From a virus (taxonomy: Duplodnaviria; Caudoviricetes), in IMG/VR virus record IMGVR_UViG_3300049070_000134, positions 1-43,206 of that record: 43,206 nucleotides of DNA; one strand, written 5' to 3'. Of the stretch, positions 28,148 through 36,575 are shown piece by piece (within the stretch, counting starts at the first letter, position 1; the number at the start of each line of letters is the position of its first letter). The translations under genes were made by a program, and so were the position numbers. Under the pieces are notes generated by a model that saw nothing but the letters and a program-made list of their open reading frames with translations, had not been told where the DNA came from and made no database searches.

Positions 28148-28298
28148 GTTCCTCCAAAGGAGAAGAATACACCTTCTCCATGTGATACAGGATGTTGCCA
28201 TGCCAGCAGGTGGTATTCGGTTCTGCGTAGTATGGCACTCGCCACGTGATAGTGCGTCCGCAGCCCTTGCAAAGCCAGACTTCAAAGCCTTCAGTCAA
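28128..28298 (-). CDS. Small Zn-ribbon-like protein
   Basis: MTEGFEVWLCKGCGR...CWHG; TTG start with AAGGAG RBS. Confidence 0.5.
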   Translation of the reverse strand: MTEGFEVWLCKGCGRTITWRVPYYAEPNTTCWHGNILYHMEKVYSSPLEEHAAPPR

Positions 28299-28419
28299 CC
28301 TTGAACTCCTTCCCGCAGCGGATGCATAGCCGTTCCTTGTTCGACAGTTCCCACGTGCCACGCCACTTGCCGTGGCAGTGGGGACACTCCTGCGTGTACT
28401 CCTTAACTCGTAGCTTCAA
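28291..28419 (-). CDS. Small Zn-ribbon protein
   Basis: 42 aa, CPHC...CIRCG; below ORF-track cutoff. Confidence 0.55.
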   Translation of the reverse strand: MKLRVKEYTQECPHCHGKWRGTWELSNKERLCIRCGKEFKVD

Positions 28420-28672
28420 GGAACACCTTGTCCATGTGAATGGCGGCCTCCTCGCCGAATCGCGTCAGGTAGACCTCGAATGGATCCGTCGGCTCGCTCA
28501 TTTCTGTCAGGCCATCGATTGGCTTCATTCGGATGTGCATCGTGTATCGTCCTGGCGGTACCTCCGCAACGAAGTGCGGCTTCGGCTTTGGGGCTTCAAC
28601 CAACACCTTCGGAGCTACAGCGACTGCCGTCACTCCGATTCCAAGGAACCGCAGGAACTTACGTCTCTGCAT
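28403..28672 (-). CDS. Protein with twin-arginine (Tat)-like N-terminus
   Basis: MQRRKFLRFLGIGVTAVAVAP matches RRxFL plus hydrophobic stretch. Confidence 0.6.
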   Translation of the reverse strand: MQRRKFLRFLGIGVTAVAVAPKVLVEAPKPKPHFVAEVPPGRYTMHIRMKPIDGLTEMSEPTDPFEVYLTRFGEEAAIHMDKVFLEATS

Positions 28673-29147
28673 GTCGCGTCTCCCTGATCCCATCCACCTC
28701 CGCACGGGCCAGCACGCTCCCGTGCCACTTGATGGCTGACTGCACCCCGACGACGACGTCGAGGGCGTCCGCGCCGATGCAGAGGATTGTCTTTGCGGAC
28801 TTGCAGCGGTTCAACTCCTCCTGCAGGTACGCCTCGACGCAGTGCGCGATGGACCGTCGCTTCACGTCGGCGGTCTCCCCCTTCTCACCGAGGCACTTCC
28901 GGACGTTCGTGATGAAGACGCCGTCCCGGCCGATGGAGCCGAGTCCGGCGGTCAGCTCCCTTCCAGACTTGCCCACGAACGGCCGTCCCTCCGCCACCTC
29001 ATCCCCTCCCGGCTGCTCGCCGATGACGATGAGTGCTGCGTCGAAGGCCCCATGTCCCGGTACGAAGCCAGTCGATGCAGTGACGTCGTTGCGGGGGCAG
29101 CCTTCACAGCCAGAGGGACGGTCGTGCGGTATCCATAGACGGTTCAT
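28659..29147 (-). CDS. Uracil-DNA glycosylase family 4, N-terminal part (lacks motif B)
   Basis: CEGC, GEQPG, GRPFVGKSG, ITNVRKC, HC (four Fe-S Cys); stops after WHGS without the HPA motif. Confidence 0.88.
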   Translation of the reverse strand: MNRLWIPHDRPSGCEGCPRNDVTASTGFVPGHGAFDAALIVIGEQPGGDEVAEGRPFVGKSGRELTAGLGSIGRDGVFITNVRKCLGEKGETADVKRRSIAHCVEAYLQEELNRCKSAKTILCIGADALDVVVGVQSAIKWHGSVLARAEVDGIRETRHAET

Positions 29148-29410
29148 GTCGTATGCCGAACCTCTGCCGTTCGCACAGTCTCCCGCCGCTGCGCAGGGCA
29201 ACGGTCGCAGAGAAACACGACGTCGCAGACTCGCCTTTGAACGGTGATTGTCTGCACTTTCGTGACGAACTTATGACGCGCCTGCTTACACATTGGACAT
29301 CGAGGATAGGAGGACTTCTTCACATGGATCTTCTTCTTCCCCTCCGTAACCCAACGCCAGTTGCGATGGAACACCTTCCACTTATGTGAACTCGGCTTGC
29401 ATTCGTCCAT
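29144..29410 (-). CDS. Basic Zn-finger protein
   Basis: CPMC and CDRC pairs. Confidence 0.6.
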   Translation of the reverse strand: MDECKPSSHKWKVFHRNWRWVTEGKKKIHVKKSSYPRCPMCKQARHKFVTKVQTITVQRRVCDVVFLCDRCPAQRRETVRTAEVRHTT

Positions 29411-29412
29411 TG

Positions 29413-29613
29413 TTACTCCTCCCTCGGTGCGATCTGCCGGACGTTCGGAGCCATCCTCGCAGCGACGTGCTGGATGGTGCCAGCGAGGATCCTCGTCGCA
29501 CAGGCAGCGTCGTTGAGGCAGATGGGATTACCGACCCGGTCGGTTACGTATCCATGTGCCTCCTCGGCGATGGTGACGCCACAGCGATGGCAGTCGAGCT
29601 TCACGGTTGCCAT
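29413..29613 (-). CDS. Small Cys-containing protein
   Basis: CHRC...ICLNDAAC. Confidence 0.6.
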   Translation of the reverse strand: MATVKLDCHRCGVTIAEEAHGYVTDRVGNPICLNDAACATRILAGTIQHVAARMAPNVRQIAPREE

Positions 29614-30509
29614 TACATCTCCTCCAAGAATGCGAACATGCCGTCGTCCTCCTCTGCGCCGATACCTTCCAAGCCGTCACAGAACGGCTGAGCGACGCAG
29701 TACAGTTGACACTTCTTCTTCCGGAACATCTTCCTCCCCGCGAGGGGGATTTGCTTGATGGCGTCACGCATCTCCATGCCGTCAGCGATGCTCCGATGGA
29801 ACTGCTGATACATGGCAAGCATCTCCCTGACGCTGTACTCCCCACCGGATGGCTTGTAGTCTCCAATGTCCTCCTCGGACATGTATGGCTGCTCGACTGG
29901 GAGCCAGGGGACAGCACCACCCTTCACCTGCGCGGTGTGCCATGCGATCAGCTTCGGGCGATATGTTGGGGGATCCACGTCGAGCATGTCCCTCGCGATG
30001 AGGATCCGGGCGATATTGAGTTGAGCACTGTCGTTCTCTGGAGCTGTGAGGATCCTTGTCTTCATCTTCCTGGACGTCTCAGCGTGGGACTTGTAGTCGT
30101 GGATTTCACCGAAGTCGGCAGCCACCCAGTCGATCCGACCACTGATCGGCGCGCCAAGCAGCAGCGGAGCGGGCTTTCCAGGACGAGGAAACTCCACCTC
30201 GCCGTATCCGTCGACGGTATGGCGTTCCAGATCGGCATGGATGACTGTCCCCTTACGCAAGGAGTCCCGCTTCCGGAGATCGACGTGTGGTACTGGCACG
30301 TTGTCGCAGATAGCAATCTCCCTCGGACACGTGAGGAGCCTCGTGATTGTGATTCGGTTCCCTGCATGGAAGTCATCTGCTGCTTCGGAGAGCATGATAG
30401 AGCGAATGGCTGCCAGCGGCATCGGAGGCTTGCGACATTCGCCGGAAGTGTAATGGTCCGGTGGGAAGTCGTGGCCTTCACATGTGCAGTACAGTGATTC
30501 AATCTTCAA
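29613..30509 (-). CDS. PD-(D/E)xK exonuclease, Cas4/AddB-like
   Basis: GRID...HDYK, QLNIA; N-terminal CPR plus C-terminal C-x3-C-x5-C Fe-S pattern. Confidence 0.8.
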   Translation of the reverse strand: MKIESLYCTCEGHDFPPDHYTSGECRKPPMPLAAIRSIMLSEAADDFHAGNRITITRLLTCPREIAICDNVPVPHVDLRKRDSLRKGTVIHADLERHTVDGYGEVEFPRPGKPAPLLLGAPISGRIDWVAADFGEIHDYKSHAETSRKMKTRILTAPENDSAQLNIARILIARDMLDVDPPTYRPKLIAWHTAQVKGGAVPWLPVEQPYMSEEDIGDYKPSGGEYSVREMLAMYQQFHRSIADGMEMRDAIKQIPLAGRKMFRKKKCQLYCVAQPFCDGLEGIGAEEDDGMFAFLEEM

Positions 30510-30529
30510 TCACAGCTCCAATCGTCAAG

Positions 30530-30591
30530 TCCGTGGGCGTCCGGGCAGCCATCCCGGATGAAAAGGCTTACGGCAGCGCCTCGCCCACGGA
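30530..30591 (-). other. Three-way-junction structured element upstream of exonuclease
   Basis: Perfect 10-bp closing stem TCCGTGGGCG/CGCCCACGGA with two internal hairpins. Confidence 0.5.
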
Positions 30592-30632
30592 TTCTCATGA
30601 CATGCAATACCCGAACGAGAAAGCGTCCAGCA

Positions 30633-30791
30633 TCACGCGCCCCCGCCTGTGCGCTTCGGCCTCACGAACGCGGCGCAGTAGCAGTAGACATCCTCACCGA
30701 CGAGGTGCCAGCACTCTCCATTCATGGTGATCCGGTGGAACGCCTCAGAGTGGCCACAGCCGCCGCAGAATGTCGTGTGCGGGTAGCTCAT
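30633..30791 (-). CDS. Small Cys/His-rich protein
   Basis: 52 aa CGGCGHSEAFH...CYC; ATGA overlap. Confidence 0.6.
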   Translation of the reverse strand: MSYPHTTFCGGCGHSEAFHRITMNGECWHLVGEDVYCYCAAFVRPKRTGGGA

Positions 30792-31102
30792 TCCCCGCCC
30801 CCGCCGGCGAGCATCAGAGCATCAGCGATGGCCCGCCGAACCGTGTGCTCATCATCGAACCCATAGCGCCTACGGAACTCGACAACCGACACCTTCTCGC
30901 CGGACGGGTCACCGCCCATCCAATCGAGTGCGATCCGGGCAGCATGCGCCACCGCCCCGCCGCCCGGCTCCCCCTTGGCGAGTGCCCGCGCACAGGCATC
31001 AGCGCAGTCCACGCAGCCGAAGATGTGCGAGTCGTCCAGCGGGCAGCGCCACCCGTCCGGCTGCTTCCATATCGTCTCCCGCTCCACCCGCCGCGCGGTC
31101 AT
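30788..31102 (-). CDS. Hypothetical protein
   Basis: ATGA-coupled ORF with CxxC. Confidence 0.55.
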   Translation of the reverse strand: MTARRVERETIWKQPDGWRCPLDDSHIFGCVDCADACARALAKGEPGGGAVAHAARIALDWMGGDPSGEKVSVVEFRRRYGFDDEHTVRRAIADALMLAGGGGE

Positions 31103-31371
31103 CCTCGCTCCAATTCATTGGCCGCTGCTTCCAGCACCAAACGATCCTGGGCCGTCGCGCAACATTCATTCGGCATCTTGGCCGCCTCCGCCCTCAACCA
31201 CGCCACGGTGGCCGCGCGTGAGATCAGTTCGTCCTCATGGGTCGTATTCGGGCCACGCAGGATGACGCAGCCTTCCTTGTGGCTGCCATCTGGCGGCTGG
31301 ACCCATACGCTCCGGCACGAGTCGCAGACATGGACGCGGGCCACCGTCTCCGGCACCTGTCGCTCGCTCAT
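31099..31371 (-). CDS. Hypothetical protein
   Basis: MSERQ..., CDSC; ATGA-coupled. Confidence 0.55.
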   Translation of the reverse strand: MSERQVPETVARVHVCDSCRSVWVQPPDGSHKEGCVILRGPNTTHEDELISRAATVAWLRAEAAKMPNECCATAQDRLVLEAAANELERG

Positions 31372-31441
31372 CGGGCCTCCCACGGCTGCTCCGTCCATGT
31401 CGGCTCCATCGGCTCCCCGCAGACCGGACAGGTAACCGTTC

Positions 31442-31996
31442 TCATCGCGTCCTCCTGCCCCGCAGGCGGGCGACCGTCCGCTTGACCACTGCGTCGGCGG
31501 CCTTCATCCATTCGTCGCTGACCAGCACGGTATTGTCCTCTCCATCGCTGAACGCGTCGTAGCTCACCACCTTGTCGAGCAGCCGCGTGGCCGTCTCCAA
31601 GTCAGCCGCATCCTCTGAGCCCGCCGGGGCCTGGATGCCGGGGCATTCCCCCGTGCCGGTCGTCATCCCAGGCGCCCCAGGATTCATCACCCAGCCACGA
31701 CATCCCTTACAATGCAACCCCGCCCCCACCGCCAGCGGGGCGGGCGGAGCGCACCCGCCGCAGTCCTCGTCCTCGTCACGAACGACAGCCGCGTTATGGC
31801 CTCGGCAGTCTGGCCGATGGGCGGGGGCGGGGGCCTCTCGATGAATGGGGCACCATTTCGGGCACCGGAGGCAGACGACACAGACATAGCACTTCATCGT
31901 AGAGCGCCTCGGGCCTGTTCCGCCGCACTGCGTACATGGGTCAGGACACGCGGGCCTCGGGTCAGTCGGCGGCACGAGCAGCCTCGATCTCGTCAA
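31442..31996 (-). CDS. Cys-rich hypothetical protein
   Basis: Multiple CxxC motifs; start uncertain. Confidence 0.5.
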   Translation of the reverse strand: MTRSRLLVPPTDPRPACPDPCTQCGGTGPRRSTMKCYVCVVCLRCPKWCPIHREAPAPAHRPDCRGHNAAVVRDEDEDCGGCAPPAPLAVGAGLHCKGCRGWVMNPGAPGMTTGTGECPGIQAPAGSEDAADLETATRLLDKVVSYDAFSDGEDNTVLVSDEWMKAADAVVKRTVARLRGRRTR

Positions 31997-32180
31997 TCAG
32001 GTCATCCGCATGCGCCGCGACGTTCCAGATGCGGTAGGCGGGGTAGCGGAACGAGCGGACGATTTCGCCGTCCTTCAGCACCTCGACCAGCGCGTCTTGG
32101 TTGTCCGGCGGCTTGAGGTAGTGCGCGCGGACCTGATAGCCCCGCCACTCGCCATCGAAGACTTCTGACTCGCGCTCCAT
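31962..32180 (-). CDS. Hypothetical protein
   Basis: MERESEVF..., GGAGAG RBS. Confidence 0.6.
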   Translation of the reverse strand: MERESEVFDGEWRGYQVRAHYLKPPDNQDALVEVLKDGEIVRSFRYPAYRIWNVAAHADDLIDEIEAARAAD

Positions 32181-32383
32181 CACTCTCCTCCCTTCCCCGC
32201 TTCCGGCTCGGACTCGGCGGCATGGCGGGGCTCCTTCGCCGCGAAGTAGGCCTCGTTTGTCGGGCACAGCTTCCCCTGCGAGCACAACCCATCGCTGAAT
32301 CGAAGGTGGCCGTTGACGCACCGTCCATTCTTCTGCTCCATCCACGTCACGAATCGAGCCTCGGCCTCATATGCTTGGCACAT
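32180..32383 (-). CDS. Hypothetical protein
   Basis: Coupled ORF, CVNGH motif. Confidence 0.5.
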   Translation of the reverse strand: MCQAYEAEARFVTWMEQKNGRCVNGHLRFSDGLCSQGKLCPTNEAYFAAKEPRHAAESEPEAGKGGE

Positions 32384-32385
32384 GG

Positions 32386-32760
32386 TCACTCCCTCCCCTG
32401 CGGCTCGGGCCGCCATCTGCCGCACTCACCGCACGGCACGCCCGCCCGCTCGGTCAGGCGGCGGGCCTCCTTAGTCAGTCGCATGGCCATGTTCAAAAGG
32501 TCCGCGATGCTTACTGGATGATCAGGACAGTTCCCGGCCGCCTCCTGATTGAGCATGGTTGCGGCGGCTTCCAGCAGCCCTACCAGCCCCGCGTCGGGCG
32601 GGACGGCGGCACGCAAGCGGACGGCCAGTTTCCGTAGGGCAAACTTCATCTTGCACCCTTCACACCCCGGCCGTGGCTCGCCACTCAGGCCAAGCTGATG
32701 CAGGCATCCATGAGACTCGATCATCCGTGCAGCCCGCTCGATCAGCGACCCCTCACTCAT
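32386..32760 (-). CDS. Hypothetical protein
   Basis: MSEGSL..., GGAGG RBS. Confidence 0.55.
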   Translation of the reverse strand: MSEGSLIERAARMIESHGCLHQLGLSGEPRPGCEGCKMKFALRKLAVRLRAAVPPDAGLVGLLEAAATMLNQEAAGNCPDHPVSIADLLNMAMRLTKEARRLTERAGVPCGECGRWRPEPQGRE

Positions 32761-33352
32761 GCTTGCCTCCCTTCGGCCGGAAATCGCCCCGGCGCACCCT
32801 CTCCGCCCCACTAGCGACGGCCTGGATCATCACTCCGTCAATCCCCTTCTCGCGGGCCACAGCCACCCATCTATCGAATGACTCGGCAATCGCCTCCCGC
32901 TCGGCCTGCATCCCGGCCCCCGGCTCGCTGCGGGGGTGGGCGCGCGACTGCTCACCGGCCAGCGTCAAGCCGAACTTGCACGATATGGCCCCACACTCAG
33001 ACGCAGCGCCACCGTGGTGCAGTCTGTCGTGGTGCTCAAGCGTCCGCTGAACAAGCCACCCCGCCACATCCGGCCCGGCGGCCTCCTCCGGCGGGGGTAG
33101 CGTGCCATAGTTCCGCAGCAAGTTGGCCGCCTTGCGGCAGATATCTCCTCGCTCGCTCTCATCCTGCGCGCTTCTGAACTCGTCGGCTGCACGGTGAAAA
33201 TGGGCAGACTCCTCGTAATGGGTCGCCCACCGCTCAAGTTCAGCCACGGCCACCGCACGGTTGCGCTCCAGCAGTTCGTCCTCAGTTGGCTGGGAGCGGT
33301 AAGTGGAAGGCCCGGCGGCCTCCTCCGCCGCCCGCTCGCGAAGGTCGCTCAT
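32753..33352 (-). CDS. Hypothetical mosaic protein
   Basis: MSDLRE..., internal EEAAGP duplication. Confidence 0.55.
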   Translation of the reverse strand: MSDLRERAAEEAAGPSTYRSQPTEDELLERNRAVAVAELERWATHYEESAHFHRAADEFRSAQDESERGDICRKAANLLRNYGTLPPPEEAAGPDVAGWLVQRTLEHHDRLHHGGAASECGAISCKFGLTLAGEQSRAHPRSEPGAGMQAEREAIAESFDRWVAVAREKGIDGVMIQAVASGAERVRRGDFRPKGGKHE

Positions 33353-33576
33353 CGCTGCCGCTCCAATTCCGCCGCAATCCATCTCAGCGCCGATATCATC
33401 TCGCTTGCCGTCAGCGGCACCGAATTCGGCAGCGGCTCGCCATCGCAAAGCCTGTCCGCGTACTCACGCATCCACGTGACGGCATCCGAGCCACCCCGCG
33501 CGGCCAAGTCATGATGCTTCGGTTCGCAGCGGCAAGTGCCGTCATCGGAGTGGTCATAGACAAAGTACAGGCTCAT
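33349..33576 (-). CDS. Hypothetical protein
   Basis: ATGA-coupled both ends. Confidence 0.55.
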   Translation of the reverse strand: MSLYFVYDHSDDGTCRCEPKHHDLAARGGSDAVTWMREYADRLCDGEPLPNSVPLTASEMISALRWIAAELERQR

Positions 33577-33893
33577 GAGGTCGACCCCTCTTCCTCGCGA
33601 CACCTGGCGATTGCCCCCTCCACATCAGGCCATCCCGTATAGGGGAACTTCGATGGCCCGGCCATCCACCCCTGGACCGTCCGCCAGAGGTGCATCAGCG
33701 CGGCCCGGCTCGGCTTCTCAGGCGCCCCACCCCTCGCGGCGAGGGTGGCCCGATACCGGTGGCATGGATGCGGGCAGTCGGATGTAACGCGGAGCAAGCT
33801 GCACTCGTTGACATGGCCATATTGCGGCGGCACGTCGAGGCCCCACAGCGCCTTCTCGTACACGGACGCCTCCAGTCCCTTCGGCTCGGTCAT
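33573..33893 (-). CDS. Hypothetical protein
   Basis: MTEPKG..., AGGAGG RBS. Confidence 0.6.
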   Translation of the reverse strand: MTEPKGLEASVYEKALWGLDVPPQYGHVNECSLLRVTSDCPHPCHRYRATLAARGGAPEKPSRAALMHLWRTVQGWMAGPSKFPYTGWPDVEGAIARCREEEGSTS

Positions 33894-33912
33894 CTCAGTC
33901 CTCCTAGAATGT

Positions 33913-33945
33913 AAAGCTGCTCCCCGGCGCATCACCGGGGAGCAG
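33913..33945 (-). terminator. Intrinsic terminator-like hairpin
   Basis: 11-bp stem CTGCTCCCCGG/CCGGGGAGCAG followed by CTTT after stop at 33951. Confidence 0.5.
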
Positions 33946-33950
33946 AGTCT

Positions 33951-34160
33951 TCACTTCAGCAGTTCTTCCGTCCGGCTTGCCAGACTGTCCGCCAAGCTGG
34001 CGTCATAGGACGCCGTCGATGCCTGATGGCTCGCATAGTCCGCCGCCTTGTTCAGCCGATCCGCACGCTTGAACAGCTTGTCAGCCAACAGCCGACTGAC
34101 CGCTGCCTCAGCGCGGAGGGCCTTGATCGCCAGCTTGAGAAGCTGCCTGCCGGACCTCAC
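33951..34160 (-). CDS. Small coiled-coil protein
   Basis: 69 aa Ala/Leu-rich; GTGA overlap. Confidence 0.6.
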   Translation of the reverse strand: MRSGRQLLKLAIKALRAEAAVSRLLADKLFKRADRLNKAADYASHQASTASYDASLADSLASRTEELLK

Positions 34161-34861
34161 AGGAAGTCCCCGCCCTTCGCAGCAGCGAGGCCTTTGACAG
34201 TCTTGCTGCCAGCGGCCGTCTTCTGCTTGGCGTTGAACTTCTCAATCGCCGCCTGCGCCTCCTCAAGCGCGGAGCCGAACTTGCTCTCCGGCTTCGAAGG
34301 CTCATCCGTCGGCGCAGCGATGGAACGCCAGACGATGCGGTTGCGAGCAGGAAAGTCGCCCCGCGCCTTGTCGACGCGGATGGCGACGATTGCTTCCCGA
34401 CCGCTGAAGCCCGCAGCGTACAGCTTCAGCCCGTCTGCCGTGATGGACGGCGGGACAGGACGGTCCAGCTTCAGCCGAACGGCGATGCGCTTCAGGGTCT
34501 TGCGGGACTCGTCCACGGCGGCACGGAACTCATCCTCCGTCCGAGGACGCTCTTCCTGCGTCTCCTTGTCACGCACCGTCTTGCTGACGCTGAAGTAGAT
34601 GTCGTCGTTGATCAGACGACCGACCGTCCCCTCCGGCCCCGCCAGCACGAGTGCCGTCGGACGCACGAACGGGGTGTTCTTGTTCTTCGAGAAGCCACTG
34701 GAAGCACCCTCGAAGCGGACGTGGTACATGTCGAAGCGCGGAACCGGTTCGTAGCCAACCGCCCGATCCGGCTCCGGGGTGTCGTCGATGTTCGTGATGT
34801 CATACGCCGGATCGACGACGCTGTCCTGCGTATCGGTGGCGAAATCGGTGTCAGACGTCAT
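34157..34861 (-). CDS. Putative ssDNA-binding protein (DUF669-like OB fold)
   Basis: YHVRFEGASSGFSKNKNTPFV strand pattern, acidic N-terminus, DFL C-terminus; near Sak4-like gene. Confidence 0.55.
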   Translation of the reverse strand: MTSDTDFATDTQDSVVDPAYDITNIDDTPEPDRAVGYEPVPRFDMYHVRFEGASSGFSKNKNTPFVRPTALVLAGPEGTVGRLINDDIYFSVSKTVRDKETQEERPRTEDEFRAAVDESRKTLKRIAVRLKLDRPVPPSITADGLKLYAAGFSGREAIVAIRVDKARGDFPARNRIVWRSIAAPTDEPSKPESKFGSALEEAQAAIEKFNAKQKTAAGSKTVKGLAAAKGGDFL

Positions 34862-35175
34862 GCAGCCTCCTGAGTTGTGATGGTGTACCCTGCGTCGGTG
34901 AGGGCCTTCTTATGGTCCATATCTCCACGGAAGGAGCCGTCAAGCTCTTCCATGTTGAGCGGATTTCCCTCTTCATTCGCTGGGAAGATGTACGTCTCCG
35001 GACGGCCAGTGTCGAATGCGCAACTGATGGCACTGACAATCACGAAGGATGTCTGAGTCTCGACGATCTTCCCTTCGTCGTCCCATGACGAGAAGGTCAC
35101 CGGCTCAGACAGCTTGTAGAGACGAGCGTCTCCACGCCAACCGTCGATGTTCCGAACGAACGTCGCGGTCTTCAC
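34858..35175 (-). CDS. Hypothetical protein
   Basis: 105 aa coupled ORF, PETYIFPANEEG motif. Confidence 0.7.
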   Translation of the reverse strand: MKTATFVRNIDGWRGDARLYKLSEPVTFSSWDDEGKIVETQTSFVIVSAISCAFDTGRPETYIFPANEEGNPLNMEELDGSFRGDMDHKKALTDAGYTITTQEAA

Positions 35176-35999
35176 TTTCCCTCCTTGAGTCGTTGAAGTT
35201 CCATCTGGTTCCTGTACCCCACATCGTCCGCCTGCGGGACAGCGGTGACCTGCGGCAGCCGACCGAGTTTCCGAAGCAACTTCGCGAAGGTGGGATCCGG
35301 CAGCTTGCTTCCACGTGTCAGCCCACCTGCGCCGCCCGTTCCTTCGTCGATGACGACGAGGTTCGGGTACTTCGCGCCCTCCTTCATGTCGAACGTGACT
35401 GTCATGTCTGCCCAGTGGCCGCTGTACTTCTCCAACCGGGGGACGACCTTGTCGGTGACGAACTCACTCGTACCATCAGGCCTACGAATGAGCTTCACCT
35501 TCTCCTGTGCGTGGGCAATCATGCAGACATGCTTCCCACCGCCGCTGAGGCCGATCTTGAAGAGGTTGTCCCACTCCTTGATCGGTGCCCAGGACAGCAT
35601 TGACTTCTTCTCATCCGACGTGTCACGTGTCGCGCAGAGCTGCTGCCACGCAATCGTCGCCGAGTCGAGGTCGATGCCGAAGATGTCTGGATCATTGTTC
35701 CACACCTTACAGGCCTTCCGCATCTGCTCCAACGCCACAGTCTCGACGAGGTAGATTGGATGCGCGTTCGCGAAGGCAGCGGCGAGGGTCGGATTCGCAA
35801 GGCAACCGAGGGACGGCAGGATCCGCCTCGGGTTGTCATACGGCCACGGACGCTTCGGAGCGTTCGGCAACGGTTCAGTGTACCATTGCAGCCGCCCTTC
35901 CGCATCGATGACTCCGACTGCTCCCTCCTCTGCCATCGTGAGTCCGAAGACGGTCTTGCCGTTCTTCGGCGGAGCGTATGCGATGACCTTAAGCCCCAT
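35172..35999 (-). CDS. Sak4-like (AAA_24) ATPase / single-strand annealing protein
   Basis: YAPPKNGKT Walker A, IDAEG, IDLDS, MIAH motifs. Confidence 0.78.
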   Translation of the reverse strand: MGLKVIAYAPPKNGKTVFGLTMAEEGAVGVIDAEGRLQWYTEPLPNAPKRPWPYDNPRRILPSLGCLANPTLAAAFANAHPIYLVETVALEQMRKACKVWNNDPDIFGIDLDSATIAWQQLCATRDTSDEKKSMLSWAPIKEWDNLFKIGLSGGGKHVCMIAHAQEKVKLIRRPDGTSEFVTDKVVPRLEKYSGHWADMTVTFDMKEGAKYPNLVVIDEGTGGAGGLTRGSKLPDPTFAKLLRKLGRLPQVTAVPQADDVGYRNQMELQRLKEGK

Positions 36000-36231
36000 C
36001 GAACACGTCTCCGTTCTCGAGTCGCTTGTCGTCCTCATACGGGGCGATCATGCGACGGTAGAACTCCAACTTCGTCGTCTCCAGCGCAGCGATGACCTGC
36101 GCGAAGTCAGCGAAGCTCGGATCCGGAGGAAGGAAGTCGATGCACGTGTCCGTCAGCGCGTAGCAAAGCTCGCCAGCACCTTCGGGCAGGATGAGCGCTT
36201 CAATCCGCCGGTGTTGCGGGATGTACGGCAC
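35989..36231 (-). CDS. Conserved small phage protein (DUF6899-like)
   Basis: PYI...GELCYALT...KLEFYRRMIAPYEDDKRLENGDV. Confidence 0.7.
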   Translation of the reverse strand: MPYIPQHRRIEALILPEGAGELCYALTDTCIDFLPPDPSFADFAQVIAALETTKLEFYRRMIAPYEDDKRLENGDVFDGA

Positions 36232-36523
36232 TAAGCCCTCCTCTTGCGATGTCGATGAACTTCTGGGTGAAGTAGATTGTTTGCCGACCGTCTGTCGACG
36301 TGTCGAGAGTGACGAGTCCCCGCTTCTGTAGATGGGCAACGATAGGCAGCAGGAACGCTGCTGCGCCGCTCAGATGGAGGAAGGCCCGCAGGTCGCTCAG
36401 TTGCATCGATTGGACGGTTGGGTCTGCGTCGTAGCAGTCGCTGAGGTAGCAGAGTACGCGTTCGAGATGGTGATCGCGTTGCTGCTCATAGCGACCGGTT
36501 GCGTTGCGCTTGCGCTTCATCAT
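36200..36523 (-). CDS. Putative winged-helix DNA-binding protein
   Basis: LQKRGLV...TIYFTQK wing-like motif; GGAGG RBS. Confidence 0.5.
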   Translation of the reverse strand: MMKRKRNATGRYEQQRDHHLERVLCYLSDCYDADPTVQSMQLSDLRAFLHLSGAAAFLLPIVAHLQKRGLVTLDTSTDGRQTIYFTQKFIDIARGGLSAVHPATPAD

Positions 36524-36575
36524 GTCCCTCCATGAATCGCGCGGGGGTCGGGTCCGCCCCTCCGGCGGTCCCCCA

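Noticed and set aside
28148-28285. ORF-track N-terminal extension of PolA (798 aa)
   Set aside because: Strong RBS at 28147 and a better overlapping Zn-ribbon ORF favour the shorter start
28148-28658. Intron, intein or homing element interrupting UDG-PolA
   Set aside because: No group I/II core, intein termini or homing endonuclease motif seen; gap is filled by coupled ORFs and PolA has its own RBS
29613-30509. Cas4-like nuclease as sign of CRISPR-Cas
   Set aside because: No repeat-spacer array or other cas genes; solo Cas4-like exonucleases are common in phage recombination modules
30530-30591. Hammerhead ribozyme
   Set aside because: Three-way junction lacks the CUGANGA core
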